Source of the DNA: an uncultured Candidatus Saccharibacteria bacterium | GTDB lineage: Bacteria > Patescibacteriota > Minisyncoccia > SW-4-49-11 | Assembly: GCA_964633865.1 (NCBI GenBank) | Contig: CAZWIJ010000007.1 | Location: forward strand, 20,711 to 84,710 | Direction of reading: 5' to 3' | DNA length: 64,000 nt | Shown here: positions 52,317-63,163 of the stretch, one piece after another | How the letters are laid out: the number at the start of each line of letters is the position of its first letter | How positions within the stretch are numbered: position 1 is the stretch's first letter | Made by a program: the position numbers and the translations under genes | The notes under the pieces: generated by a model | Databases searched by the model: none | Seen by the model: the letters and a program-made list of their open reading frames with translations, nothing else | Told to the model about the DNA's origin: nothing

Positions 52317-53834
52317 TTAACTCTTTTCTCTATATTGCAAAGCTTCAGCTATATGATTTACTTTGATATCAGGATTTTCTTCTAAATCTGCTATTGTACG
52401 AGCTAATTTTAGAATTCTATTATAGGCTCTTGCAGATAAATTCATTTTAGTAATAGCATTTTTGATTAATTTCTCAGAAGGTTCGTCTAGGATACAAATC
52501 TTTTGAATTTGTTTTACATTCATTTCACTGTTGGTCTTGATTTTATAATTTTTGAATCTTTCTCTCTGAATTTCTCTGGCTTTTTCTACACGATTTCTGA
52601 TTTGAATTGAAGGTTCTTCATTTATTTCTTTAGACATTAATTCTTCTGTTTTAACCTTTTCTATTTGAATAATCATATCAATTCTATCAAGTAGAGGACC
52701 AGAAATTTTTTGCTGATATTTGATTATCTGATTTTGGGAACAAGTACACTCTTTGTCTGGGTCTGTTGCATATCCACATGGGCAAGGATTTTGGCTTGCA
52801 ATAAGCATAAAGTCAGCTGGGAATGTGATAGAACCTTGAGCTCTTGACACAGTTACAATCCGGTCTTCTAATGGTTGTCTTAAACTTTCTAAAACAAATC
52901 TAGGGAATTCTGGGAATTCATCCAAAAATAAAACACCTCTATGAGCCAAACTAATTTCTCCTGGTTTGGGGTAAGAACCTCCACCAATAAGAGAAGTTGA
53001 AGAGGCTGTATGATGAGGTGAGCGGAATGGGCGAGTGGTAATAAGTGGATTTTCAGCATTCAATTTGCCTGAAATACTGTAGATTTTAGAAACATCAAGA
53101 ATTTCTTCTCTGTCCATTGCAGGTAAAATAGTTGTGAGAGTTCTTGATAAAAGAGTTTTCCCTGCTCCAGGTGGCCCTGTCATCAAAACATTATGTCCAC
53201 CGGATGCAGCTATCTCTAGAGCTCTTTTTGCTAATTTCTGGCCTTTGATATTTGACATATCTATATCATTTGGAAGATATGATGATTTTATTTCAAAAGG
53301 TTTGGTAGGAGATATAATAAATTTTTTATTTGGATTAAAATGATCAATAATTTCTTGAATATTTCTTACTCCTAAAATTTCTATCCCATCTACCAATGAA
53401 GCTTCATTATCATTATCAATAGGGATAATTATTTTGGGTATGCCTATATTTTTAGCATAAATTGTGATAGGTAATACACCTTGTATAGCTCTAATATCAC
53501 CATTTAGTCCAATTTCACCTAAGATGATATAGTCCTGATGATCAAATTCAATCTCATTAAGAGCTTTCATAATAGCCATTGCCATCGGTAAATCATAACC
53601 TGTTCCAATTTTTTTTACTTCGGCTGGTGCTAGATTTAGAATAAACCTTTTTTGGGGAAGAGATATACCAGAATTCTTAAGCCCAATACGGATTCTTTCT
53701 TTGGATTCATTAACAGCAGTATCAGGCAGTCCAACAATAGTTATTCCAGGAAGACCCTGACTAGTATCTACTTCTATCTGAATTAGTTGCCCTTCTAGTC
53801 CATAAATTGTTGCAGACTGTACGACTGATAACAT
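52317..53834 (-). CDS. comM: YifB/ComM Mg-chelatase-like AAA+ ATPase
   Basis: VGLPD.AV.ES.ER, NLAPA, GPPGAGKT, RPFRSPHHT, GEISLAHRGVLFLDE and SGPLLDRID. Confidence 0.93.
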   Translation of the reverse strand: MLSVVQSATIYGLEGQLIQIEVDTSQGLPGITIVGLPDTAVNESKERIRIGLKNSGISLPQKRFILNLAPAEVKKIGTGYDLPMAMAIMKALNEIEFDHQDYIILGEIGLNGDIRAIQGVLPITIYAKNIGIPKIIIPIDNDNEASLVDGIEILGVRNIQEIIDHFNPNKKFIISPTKPFEIKSSYLPNDIDMSNIKGQKLAKRALEIAASGGHNVLMTGPPGAGKTLLSRTLTTILPAMDREEILDVSKIYSISGKLNAENPLITTRPFRSPHHTASSTSLIGGGSYPKPGEISLAHRGVLFLDEFPEFPRFVLESLRQPLEDRIVTVSRAQGSITFPADFMLIASQNPCPCGYATDPDKECTCSQNQIIKYQQKISGPLLDRIDMIIQIEKVKTEELMSKEINEEPSIQIRNRVEKAREIQRERFKNYKIKTNSEMNVKQIQKICILDEPSEKLIKNAITKMNLSARAYNRILKLARTIADLEENPDIKVNHIAEALQYREKS

Positions 53835-54050
53835 ATATTTAAACTTAATTTTATAAGTATTTTATCATAATTTTAGTTTTTTGTAAAAAAAAGAGGGTGG
53901 TTGGAAAAGGACTAGATGTTTTTGGATACTTGATAAATACTAGAAAAACCTTATTAAAAGTGGTATGATGGATATAATGTAAAGTTAGTTTTTAAAGAAG
54001 GGAAATATGGATAATAAAATTATAAAACAACTGATTGAAAGAGTAAATAT

Positions 54051-55154
54051 ATGATAAATAAAACATATTTTGATTTAACTAATCCAGAAAACAATATTCT
54101 TGATCTTTTAATAAGACAAAAAGATAATTTTGATTGCAATATAATTGATAAACAAGGTTTAGTTTACGAAGGGTTTAAATTAGCTAAAAGCGAACAAGGG
54201 AATAATTTTACAGTTTGTGATATAAGCTTTAAACAATCAACAACAGATCAAAAGTATCAGGCAAGATTAGTTTTTCGCAAAACTGATAAAAACTTTAAAG
54301 ATAGAAATGTTAGTAAAGGTAGTGATTTTGTAAGAATACCCTTTGATATAGGACAAAATGGATATAGAGAATTTTGGAAGATGATCTCCTTTCTTTACAA
54401 ATGGAAAGAAACGATTGATTTAGGTGAATTCGACGATTTTTTTGCTATAACAGAAAAAAGTTTAGCTGATATTTTGCCCCAAATATCAAGTTTAAGTAAT
54501 AAAGAGCTTGTTTTAACTAATCTTAAAAAATTGACTAAAGAAAATTTAGATAATATTGATAATTTAGTAAATATAACAAAACTAAAAAATGTACTTAATG
54601 AGTTCATATAAAATAAAGAAAACAATCAAGAAATTGAATTTTGGCAACCATTTTTAAAAAAATATTTTTGGATAATTCAACAGATTTTTTCTTCTCCTGT
54701 AAATTTATACGATAATGAGTTTTATGTTGGTGGGTTATCTCAAGGGAATAGAAAAGGTGGTAAATTTGTTGATTTTGTAGTAAGAGATATAATATCAAAA
54801 AACATTTCTATTATTGAAATAAAAACTCCTAAAAAGCAATTGGTATCAAAGATTGAATATGATAAAAGAAAAGGTATTTATTCAATGCATAAGGATTTAA
54901 TAGGTGCAATTTCTCAGGTATTAAATCAAAAAGACCAAATACAGAAGGATTTTAAATATGATAATAATGGAAAAGATTATATAGTACTTGATCCAAAATG
55001 TATTTTAATTATAGGAAATAAAGAAGAAATGAATGAAGATCAAAATTCATGTTTTGAATTATTTAGAAAAAATCAAAAGAATATTGATATTATTACTTTT
55101 GACGAACTTTTCAAAAGGATTGAATCTATTTTAGAAATATTTAAGAATGAGTAA
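54051..55154 (+). pseudogene. Shedu (SduA/DUF4263) anti-phage nuclease interrupted by an in-frame TAA
   Basis: Reading through TAA 54609-54611 gives E..WQ.FL....W, YVGG, VDF, IIEIKTP, GAISQV..Q, IIG and IITFDEL. A possible extra 5' frameshift exists (ATG 54007). Confidence 0.85.
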
Positions 55155-55175
55155 TTATATCAACTATCAAATATT

Positions 55176-55451
55176 ATGAAAACCCAACTTATGGAACAAG
55201 AACCTATGAAAAAATACTCAACAATTAGCAATTTTCCAGGTAAAAAACGGAGTATTAGAACTTATTCCAAAATGGAACTAGTTCAAAATGAATCAGGAAG
55301 AATCATAAAAAGACAAGTAGATTATTATAATCTTGATATGCTTATTTCTGTTGGATATAGAATAAGTTCTCTAAAAGGTACAAAACTCCGTAAATAGGCA
55401 ATCCAAATTCTAAAAGAGTATATTACAAAAGGGTTTACCATTCTTCAATAA
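55176..55451 (+). pseudogene. RhuM/virulence-protein-like fragment
   Basis: VQNESGR...R.V.YYNLDMLISVGYR..S..GT..RK*AIQILKEYITKGF, with TAG at the normally conserved Trp. Confidence 0.75.
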
Positions 55452-55703
55452 AAACAACAACAGATACTTTAAGAAAGAATATGAACTAATAACAAAAGAA
55501 TAAGGGTTTTAGATGCTTTTTTAATCACCAATAACCCCTATTCTACAAAAATATATTAATCTCTTAATATCAAACTATTAAATCTTGCAATAGAACTTTT
55601 TATTTAAAGGTGATAACATTATATATATAACTTGTGAAAGATATTGGAATATCACATCTTATAGTGTTAATTCTAATTATAAGCAATAATAAAATTTATC
55701 ACT

Positions 55704-55970
55704 ATGAAAGAATATAAATTTTGCCAAAGTTGTGGCTACCCTCTAGATCAAGATAAAAAGGGGGGAGGAACAGAAAAAGATGGTTCTAAAAGTAAAAAAT
55801 ACTGTTCTATGTGTTATCTAAATGGAGAGTTCTTAAGTCCATCAGAAGTTGATACTGCTGAGAAGATGCAGAAATTTTGTATACAAGAGATGAAAAAAGA
55901 TGGTATGAACGGTATTTTGGCATGGGTATTAACCCGTTCCATTCCAAAACTTGAGCGATGGAAAAAATAA
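55704..55970 (+). CDS. Zinc-ribbon domain protein (Zn_ribbon_2-like)
   Basis: CQSCGYPL, GTEKDGS...YC..CY.NG.F and IP.LERW. Confidence 0.88.
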   Translation: MKEYKFCQSCGYPLDQDKKGGGTEKDGSKSKKYCSMCYLNGEFLSPSEVDTAEKMQKFCIQEMKKDGMNGILAWVLTRSIPKLERWKK

Positions 55971-56000
55971 TATTTATAATGGAATAAAGAGACTAAGTAT

Positions 56001-56414
56001 ATGCTAAAAACAATTACAATCTGTGGTTCAATGAAGTTTTTCAATGAAATCAAATAACTAAAGATGCATTTGGAAAGTTTAGGATTTGAAGTACTAATTC
56101 CCTCCGAAGAAGGTACTGAAATTGATTATACAAAGCTAACTAAAGCAGAGCAATCAGATCTAAAACAAAATTTTATTGATCAACATATTGATAAAATTAA
56201 AAAGTCAGATGCTATTTTGTTAGCTAATTATCCAAAGAACAATGTGCAAAATTATATAGGAGCAAATACTTTTTTAGAAATGGCATTTGCTTATATATTA
56301 AGAAAACCAATTTTTATTCTGAATAATATTCCTGAGCAATCCAATACAGTTGAGATTGAAGGGTTAAAACCAATTGTTCTAAATGGTGACCTGAATTATC
56401 TCACTCAGTTATAA
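56001..56414 (+). pseudogene. Nucleoside 2-deoxyribosyltransferase-like gene with an in-frame TAA
   Basis: MLKTITICGSMKFFNEIK*LKMHLE...; H..KI..SDAIL..N and YIG.NTFLE...A. TAA at 56055-56057. Confidence 0.75.
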
Positions 56415-56618
56415 TAAATCTGGTATAAAAGGAAGTTATTTTGTTTTTAAAAAAATAGTTAGAAATAACCTGAAAAAGATGAGAAACATCTAGAACAAAG
56501 TTGACAATCAATATATTCTTAAATATAATATAAAAGTAAACATTTGAGGGAAATTTTATGAAATTTACTACATGGTGCTAAGATAACAAATTTCAATAAG
56601 GAGGTAATAATATCTCCT

Positions 56619-57755
56619 TTATTTTTTTATTCTCAAATTTGTCACTAAATTACCCATAAAAATAAAGAAGAACATTCCAGATAAAATACCACCTATAATA
56701 TCTAGGTAAGGGACTGTTTCCATTAATAAGAATAAAGTATATATTCCAAGTGCCATCAAATAGATTTGGATCTTAGCTACTCCTAGCTTTAGTTTTATAT
56801 TTAATAAGTTAGATAAATATAGTGAGGTTATACTCTGAGATATAAATAAGATTATTAGATATAAAGCTAAAATTATTGCTCCTAGAGGGAATCCTAAAAT
56901 TGTTACCATCAAAGATATAGAAACAACAGGAATTAATATTATCAAAAAGAATCCTAAAAAGAAATTTTCTATATATTTTGTATTTGAATTTAGAGATTCT
57001 AGATTCTTTTCAATTTTTTTAGTAAACAATAAGTGTAATACTATTATTATTGTAGAAGCCCAAATAATTCTTAATACTAACAATCCTGAGATATTTAGTA
57101 AATTATTTTTTTCAGGTTCAAGTTCTTTTATTTTTAAACTATTATCTAGTGTTAAGTTAGATTCTAAATTAGTAGGTATTTGAGAATTTTCTGCCCAATA
57201 TTTTGTTCCTTTATTTATATTAGCATTATCAGATATTTCCAAGTTAGCTGATACAAGTTGGTTGTTTTCTCCATTTAAATTTCCATTTACAATTATATTC
57301 TCAGCTTTTAGATTTGTATTCCCTAAAATTGTCCCATCTATATTTATATTTTTAGCATAGATTAATGTATCTCCAGTAATTTCTGCATCATTTTCTATTG
57401 TGATTGTTTCTCCAAATATTATGGTTTCTCCATTGATTTTACTTGAGATTTTTATATCTTGCCCTGCAATTCTTAAATCTTCACCAATATTGGCATTGGT
57501 CTCTATAAATTGTCCAGCTAAATTTATGTCTTTTGTAATTTCTCCCTTGACATCAATATATTGTCCAGCTATAAATAAATCTCCATTAACTTTTGTATCA
57601 AAATCTATTTTTTCTCCTGCCAAATAAGTATTTCCTTCTATATCATCATTTATCTTAAATTCTTCGTCAGCTTTGAAAAAAGAAGCATAAGTTATATTAA
57701 TTCCAAGCATAAAAATTAATAAAGTGGCAATGATTTTATAAGTATAAGTTTTCAT
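56619..57755 (-). CDS. Membrane protein with N-terminal beta-helix (bactofilin-like) repeats
   Basis: Signal peptide, G.....AG..I.....I repeats and four C-terminal TM segments (TILGFPLG). Confidence 0.8.
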   Translation of the reverse strand: MKTYTYKIIATLLIFMLGINITYASFFKADEEFKINDDIEGNTYLAGEKIDFDTKVNGDLFIAGQYIDVKGEITKDINLAGQFIETNANIGEDLRIAGQDIKISSKINGETIIFGETITIENDAEITGDTLIYAKNINIDGTILGNTNLKAENIIVNGNLNGENNQLVSANLEISDNANINKGTKYWAENSQIPTNLESNLTLDNSLKIKELEPEKNNLLNISGLLVLRIIWASTIIIVLHLLFTKKIEKNLESLNSNTKYIENFFLGFFLIILIPVVSISLMVTILGFPLGAIILALYLIILFISQSITSLYLSNLLNIKLKLGVAKIQIYLMALGIYTLFLLMETVPYLDIIGGILSGMFFFIFMGNLVTNLRIKK

Positions 57756-57845
57756 AAAAATATTTCTTTAAATTAGTTATTATTATATATCATATCATAA
57801 AATAAAAACAGAGTATACTTTTTATACCCTGTTTTTACTTAAAAT

Positions 57846-59006
57846 TTATCTTGCTAAAGGATTTTTTGCTCCTCTTACTTCAAAGTGAAGGTGACAACCT
57901 GTAGATCTTCCTGTAGTTCCCATAAGTCCAATTAACTGACCTTTTTCAACTGAATCTCCTGTCTGAGAAATTCTACTGCTTAAATGAGCATATAATGTTA
58001 CAACACCATTTGGATGTTTAACTTTTATATAGCTACCATATCCACCGTTCCATCCGTCTTGAGATGATTCTACTACTCCACTTGCAGATGCATATATTGC
58101 TGTACCACAAGAGTTAGAAATATCTACTCCATTAGTAGAGTGAATAACCCCATAATTTCTACCAGTTGTAGGATAACCAAAGTATCCATCAGTCTCTGGA
58201 ACAGATACTATTTTAGGAGAAATCTGTTTTGATGCAATATTAACTTTTGGGGGAGCTTTATAAAATGGATTTTCATTATCAGGAATTTTTGCTTCAGGTA
58301 TAATAATTTTAGTATTATTATTTATTGTTTCTGTATTGATATTATTGAATGTTATAATATCTTCAGTTTTCACAGAATATTTTTGAGCAGAACTATTTAG
58401 ATCTTCATTACTATTTATAGTGATTTGCAATCCATTTACTGGAAGTATAGTTAAAGAAGTTTTAACCTCAACTGTATCTAAATTTTTAAGATTATTATTA
58501 AGAGCAATTGTTTCTTTAGATATACCAAATCTTTCTGAAATAGATTGAAGAGTATCTCCTTGTTGAACTATATAAGTTCTCACAACTTTTTTAGAATCAC
58601 TATTACTCACTTGTGGTGAATTTGCAGTTTGTATAAAATTGTAATTTTCACTTAAGTTATTCTCTTGTAAATTATCAAAAGAACTTTCATCGGATGGGTT
58701 CCCAAGAACTCCTTGTATCATACCTATGGACTCTAGGGATGCCTCTATAGGTCCACCTAGACTTTTTTCATATACTAAAGATGGATTAAAAGGGTATTTT
58801 CCAGCATAGACTATATTACTAAACAAAACTGTTAGAACTAGTATTGTTAGATATATCCAACTGACTTTAGATTTTGCAGGGTATATTAATTTTTTTATAA
58901 TCCATTTAGTATTTATATGAAAATTTTTAAAGGGATTTATATGGTTGTTAATAAAATTTTTAATTAAAAGATAAATACTCATAGGATATAAGAAGGACAT
59001 AAACAA
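57846..59006 (-). CDS. LysM plus M23 family peptidoglycan endopeptidase
   Basis: Y.VQQGDTL..I...F LysM; H..NGVDI, YAHL and STGCHLHFEV. Start uncertain. Confidence 0.92.
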   Translation of the reverse strand: MFMSFLYPMSIYLLIKNFINNHINPFKNFHINTKWIIKKLIYPAKSKVSWIYLTILVLTVLFSNIVYAGKYPFNPSLVYEKSLGGPIEASLESIGMIQGVLGNPSDESSFDNLQENNLSENYNFIQTANSPQVSNSDSKKVVRTYIVQQGDTLQSISERFGISKETIALNNNLKNLDTVEVKTSLTILPVNGLQITINSNEDLNSSAQKYSVKTEDIITFNNINTETINNNTKIIIPEAKIPDNENPFYKAPPKVNIASKQISPKIVSVPETDGYFGYPTTGRNYGVIHSTNGVDISNSCGTAIYASASGVVESSQDGWNGGYGSYIKVKHPNGVVTLYAHLSSRISQTGDSVEKGQLIGLMGTTGRSTGCHLHFEVRGAKNPLAR

Positions 59007-59230
59007 TCATTATCTTATATCATAAACAAATATCCTAAACATTTTTAAATTACAATAATAATATACTATTTAGACGATATTTTGTCAAGTTTTTCTTTGT
59101 TTTTCTTTTCTTTAAGCCAAAATATAAAATAACTTGTATTTTTGTTGTGGATAAGTACAACCTTTGGATTTTAATTTTAAAAATTAAAAAGCTAGCTTAA
59201 TTTATAGCTAGCTTTTAATGATATTAAGAT

Positions 59231-59431
59231 TTAGTCTTTTAAATGTAAAATATTATAGGTTAATTTTTTAAAATTATCAGATAAACATTTTTCACAAATT
59301 GGTTCCCATGGATCAAGAAAAACTACTTTTTCTGAGTTAATTTTACATAATAAACATTTCTCGTTAGATCCATACCCCCTAATAATATAAGTTTTATATG
59401 ATTTTATTGACGATAAGGTACTTATGCTCAT
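59231..59431 (-). CDS. Small CxxC...CxxC zinc-finger-like orphan
   Basis: CLLC...ICEKC; terminator hairpin at 59187-59216. Confidence 0.55.
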   Translation of the reverse strand: MSISTLSSIKSYKTYIIRGYGSNEKCLLCKINSEKVVFLDPWEPICEKCLSDNFKKLTYNILHLKD

Positions 59432-59602
59432 ATTTATATTGTGATTTAATCACTAATGAAAGACAATAATTAGGATAATATAAAAAATCTATTATGTCAG
59501 TATTAATTGTCATAAAAATCAATATTTATCAAAAACTATATTTAGATTTTGATAAACTTAGCATATATAAAAGATTTTCTTGTGGTGAAAATAGTTATCA
59601 AC

Positions 59603-59650
59603 ATACTATATATAGTATAAAATCTAGATTGGTGCTATAATATCTTTGTA
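59603..59650. promoter_or_regulatory. Tandem NrdR-box-like operators
   Basis: Palindrome ATACTATATATAGTAT (59603) and CTATAATATCTTTGTA 32 bp downstream, upstream of nrdD. Confidence 0.6.
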
Positions 59651-59687
59651 TGTGATAATATACCTTGTAATAATAATTTATATATTT

Positions 59688-61778
59688 ATGTATAATAAAA
59701 TCATTAAAAGAAATAATCAGATAGTAGCTTTTGATCTAAATAAAATTACAAATGCTATATATAAAGCAGGAAAAGAAACTAAAGAATTAAATAAGAGACA
59801 AGCAGAAAAATTAGCTGAACAAGTTATCAAAAGAGCAGAATTAGAAATAAAATCAGATATTCCCAAAGTAGAAGAAATTCAGGATATAGTAGAAAATGTA
59901 TTTCTTGACTCAAAATTTAAAAAAACAGCCAAAGCATATATACTTTATAGAGATCAACATAAACAATTAAGAGAAATAACAAAATCTATTCATAATGGAT
60001 TAATTGAACAATATCTTCACAAAAAAGATTGGCAAGTCAAAGAAAATAGTAATATGGCATATTCTTTGCAAGGATTGAATAATTATATTGCAAGTGAAGT
60101 GAGTAAAAGTTATTGGTTAAATAAAATTTATTCAGGAAAGATAAGAGAAGCTCATATTGAAGGAGATTTTCATATTCATGATATGAATTTACTTTCTGTA
60201 TATTGTGTTGGTTGGGATTTGATGGATTTATTGATGCAGGGATTTACTGGAGTTGAAGGTAAGATAGAGAGTAAACCAGCTAAACATTTTCGTTCGGCTT
60301 TAGGACAAATTGTGAATTTCTTTTATACTTTGCAGGGTGAAGCAGCTGGAGCTCAAGCTTTTAGTAATTTTGATACATTGCTAGCTCCTTTTATCTATTA
60401 TGATAAATTATCTTATGCTGAGGTAAAACAAGCTATGCAAGAATTTGTTTTTAATGTTAATGTTCCGACTAGAGTAGGATTTCAAACTCCTTTTACCAAT
60501 ATTACCCTAGATTTGACAGTTCCAAAATATTATAGTAAGCAATCAGTTATTGTTGGAGGGAAACCGCAAGATAAGGTTTATGGAGATTTTCAAGAAGAGC
60601 TTAATATTTTGAATAAAGCATTTTTGGAAGTCATGTCAGAAGGAGATGCTAGAGGTAGAGTTTTTACCTTTCCGATTCCAACTTACAATATAACTAAAGA
60701 CTTTGATTGGAATAACCCTGTAATCGCTAATTTATGGACAGCTACGGGTAGATATGGGTTGCCTTATTTCTCTAATTTTATTAATTCAGATATGAATCCA
60801 GAAGATGCTCGCTCTATGTGTTGTCGTCTTAGAATAGATAATAAACAATTAGAAAGAAGAGGAGGAGGTCTTTTTGGGGCAAATCCTCTTACTGGTTCGG
60901 TTGGGGTGGTTACAATTAATTTGCCAAGAATTGGTCTTGAATCTAAGAATAAAAAAGATTTTATCAAAAGATTAGAAGATTTGATACAGAAAGCTAAAGA
61001 TAGTCTAGAGATTAAAAGAAAATTATTAGAAAATCTTACAGAAACTGGATTATATCCTTATACTAGTTTTTATTTAAGGAAAATTAAAGATGAATATGGA
61101 TCTTATTGGAAAAATCATTTTTCTACAATTGGTCTTATTGGAATGAATGAAGCTATTGCTAATTTATATCAAGAAGAAAATGTTACAACTAAAAAAGGTC
61201 AGAAATTTGCTTTGGAAATTATGGATTATATGAAAAAAAGAATTACAGAATTTCAAATTGAAACTGGTAATCTGTATAATCTAGAAGCGACTCCAGCAGA
61301 AGGTACAACTTATAGATTGGCATTGCTAGATCAAAAAAAATATCCAAAAGCAATTTTTGCTAATGGTGTTGGAATGGAAGTTAAATCTCCTTTTTATACT
61401 AATTCTAGTCATTTACCGGTTAATTATACAGAAGATATCTTTGAGGCTTTGGATTTACAAGATGAACTTCAGACCAAATATACTGGAGGAACGGTCTTAC
61501 ATTTCTTTTTAGGTGAGCAAATAACAGATGCTAGTAGTATAAAAAATTTGGTTAAGAAAATTTGTGAAAATTATAAATTACCATATTTTACTTTGGCTCC
61601 AACTTTCAGTGTTTGCCCGGAGCATGGATATATTGACGGAGAAGTGGAAGAATGTAGTGTATGTCACAATAGGTGTGAAATTTATTCTAGAACGGTAGGA
61701 TATTTGCGACCAGTGAGTCAGTGGAATGATGGAAAGCAAGCAGAGTTTGGTATTAGAAAAATGTATAAAAATATATGA
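59688..61778 (+). CDS. nrdD: Class III anaerobic ribonucleoside-triphosphate reductase with ATP cone
   Basis: ATP cone (IIKR...FD..KI..AI), HIHD, YCVGW, SMCCRL, EATPAEG, CxxH/CxxC and glycyl motif SRTVGYLRP. Confidence 0.95.
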   Translation: MYNKIIKRNNQIVAFDLNKITNAIYKAGKETKELNKRQAEKLAEQVIKRAELEIKSDIPKVEEIQDIVENVFLDSKFKKTAKAYILYRDQHKQLREITKSIHNGLIEQYLHKKDWQVKENSNMAYSLQGLNNYIASEVSKSYWLNKIYSGKIREAHIEGDFHIHDMNLLSVYCVGWDLMDLLMQGFTGVEGKIESKPAKHFRSALGQIVNFFYTLQGEAAGAQAFSNFDTLLAPFIYYDKLSYAEVKQAMQEFVFNVNVPTRVGFQTPFTNITLDLTVPKYYSKQSVIVGGKPQDKVYGDFQEELNILNKAFLEVMSEGDARGRVFTFPIPTYNITKDFDWNNPVIANLWTATGRYGLPYFSNFINSDMNPEDARSMCCRLRIDNKQLERRGGGLFGANPLTGSVGVVTINLPRIGLESKNKKDFIKRLEDLIQKAKDSLEIKRKLLENLTETGLYPYTSFYLRKIKDEYGSYWKNHFSTIGLIGMNEAIANLYQEENVTTKKGQKFALEIMDYMKKRITEFQIETGNLYNLEATPAEGTTYRLALLDQKKYPKAIFANGVGMEVKSPFYTNSSHLPVNYTEDIFEALDLQDELQTKYTGGTVLHFFLGEQITDASSIKNLVKKICENYKLPYFTLAPTFSVCPEHGYIDGEVEECSVCHNRCEIYSRTVGYLRPVSQWNDGKQAEFGIRKMYKNI

Positions 61779-62464
61779 TGATAGGAGGTTTGCAAAAATT
61801 CTCTTTGATAGATTATCCTGGGAAAATATCTGCTATTATATTTACAATAGGTTGTAATTTTCGTTGTAGTTATTGTTATAATCAAGATTTGGTGATTCCT
61901 AGTAAATTTAGAAAAGATATCCCCATAGATGAAATATATGATTTTTTAGAAAGTAGGAAAGGTAAATTAGATGCTATTTGTATTACAGGAGGTGAGCCAA
62001 CCTTACATAATGATTTGACAGAATTTATTCGTAATATAAAGAAAATGGGTTTTTTGGTGAAATTAGATAGTAATGGAACTAGACCAGAAGTTTTGGAGAA
62101 TTTGATACAAGAAAACTTGGTAGATTATTTTGCGATGGATATAAAGGCTCCTTTTTCTAAATATAGAGATGTTGTTAATTATAGTCTAAATACAGATAAT
62201 ATAAAAAAAAGTATTGATATAATTATGAATTCAGGAATAGATTATGAATTTAGAACTACAATAGAAAAGTCTATGTTAACAGAAAACGATATATTTGAAA
62301 TAGTTGATCAAATCATAGGAGCAAAAAAATATTATTTACAAATGTTTAGAAATACTGATCCAAATAATTCTGAATTTAATAAATTTAGTTCTTATTCCAA
62401 ATTAGAGTTAGAAAATTTAATTTTGAAATTTAAAGACAAACTAGAGTTTTGTCAAGTTCGATAA
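61775..62464 (+). CDS. nrdG: Anaerobic RNR activating enzyme (radical SAM)
   Basis: SLIDYPG, GCNFRCSYCYN and TGGEPT; ATGA overlap with nrdD. Confidence 0.93.
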   Translation: MMIGGLQKFSLIDYPGKISAIIFTIGCNFRCSYCYNQDLVIPSKFRKDIPIDEIYDFLESRKGKLDAICITGGEPTLHNDLTEFIRNIKKMGFLVKLDSNGTRPEVLENLIQENLVDYFAMDIKAPFSKYRDVVNYSLNTDNIKKSIDIIMNSGIDYEFRTTIEKSMLTENDIFEIVDQIIGAKKYYLQMFRNTDPNNSEFNKFSSYSKLELENLILKFKDKLEFCQVR

Positions 62465-62511
62465 AATAAAATCCTACTTCAAATCGAAGTAGGAAAGATT
62501 TCCTGTGATGG

Positions 62512-63003
62512 TTATATTAGATTTTCTAATATATTCATTATATCAGGAAGATGTGAATTGATAAAGGTTTTTCTTAACTTTATATAAGATGTCAAGTTTT
62601 TTAAGATTATTTTATTTAAATCGGAATCTTTATTTTTTGCTTTAATCAAAGCTTGCCAACGAGATTCATCTTCTATTAACTCATTCAATGTTAGGGGTAT
62701 ATTATTGTGCTTATACAATATATAATTATCTTGACTTCTTAAATCGGATATTATATTTAATAATTTAAGATTTAAATTTTCTTTAGTAAAAATATTATTT
62801 CTTATAAGATAATTAAATAGACTTTCAATTTCAACTAGTAAAAACTTATCTATTGAATTTATCTTTTTAACTATATCAAATATAAAAGTAGAATAGTTTA
62901 AATTTTTGTAAATATTAAGTATATTCTTTAAGCTAGTTATATAACAATGTATTTCTGAATCAACTTTTATCATATTTTTTGAGTTTTTATGACTGATGGA
63001 CAT
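62512..63003 (-). CDS. Helical orphan, paralog of 63164..63667
   Basis: LF...I..NI.TK.N.N and W..LI shared with the neighbour; own promoter and terminator. Confidence 0.7.
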   Translation of the reverse strand: MSISHKNSKNMIKVDSEIHCYITSLKNILNIYKNLNYSTFIFDIVKKINSIDKFLLVEIESLFNYLIRNNIFTKENLNLKLLNIISDLRSQDNYILYKHNNIPLTLNELIEDESRWQALIKAKNKDSDLNKIILKNLTSYIKLRKTFINSHLPDIMNILENLI

Positions 63004-63163
63004 AATGTACCTAACTATATAACTAATATATAGTACAGTAAATATGTGTAAATGTCAATAAATATCTACATAAAAATTGGTAGTTTTTAAGTAAAAAAAT
63101 CTCCACTATTTAAATATAGTAGAGCATTGCAGATATAGGAATTAAATCTATCAGAAAGATATT

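Noticed and set aside
52317-53834. comM disrupted by a mobile element
   Set aside because: The ORF is full length and intact; the accessory islet lies upstream of it.
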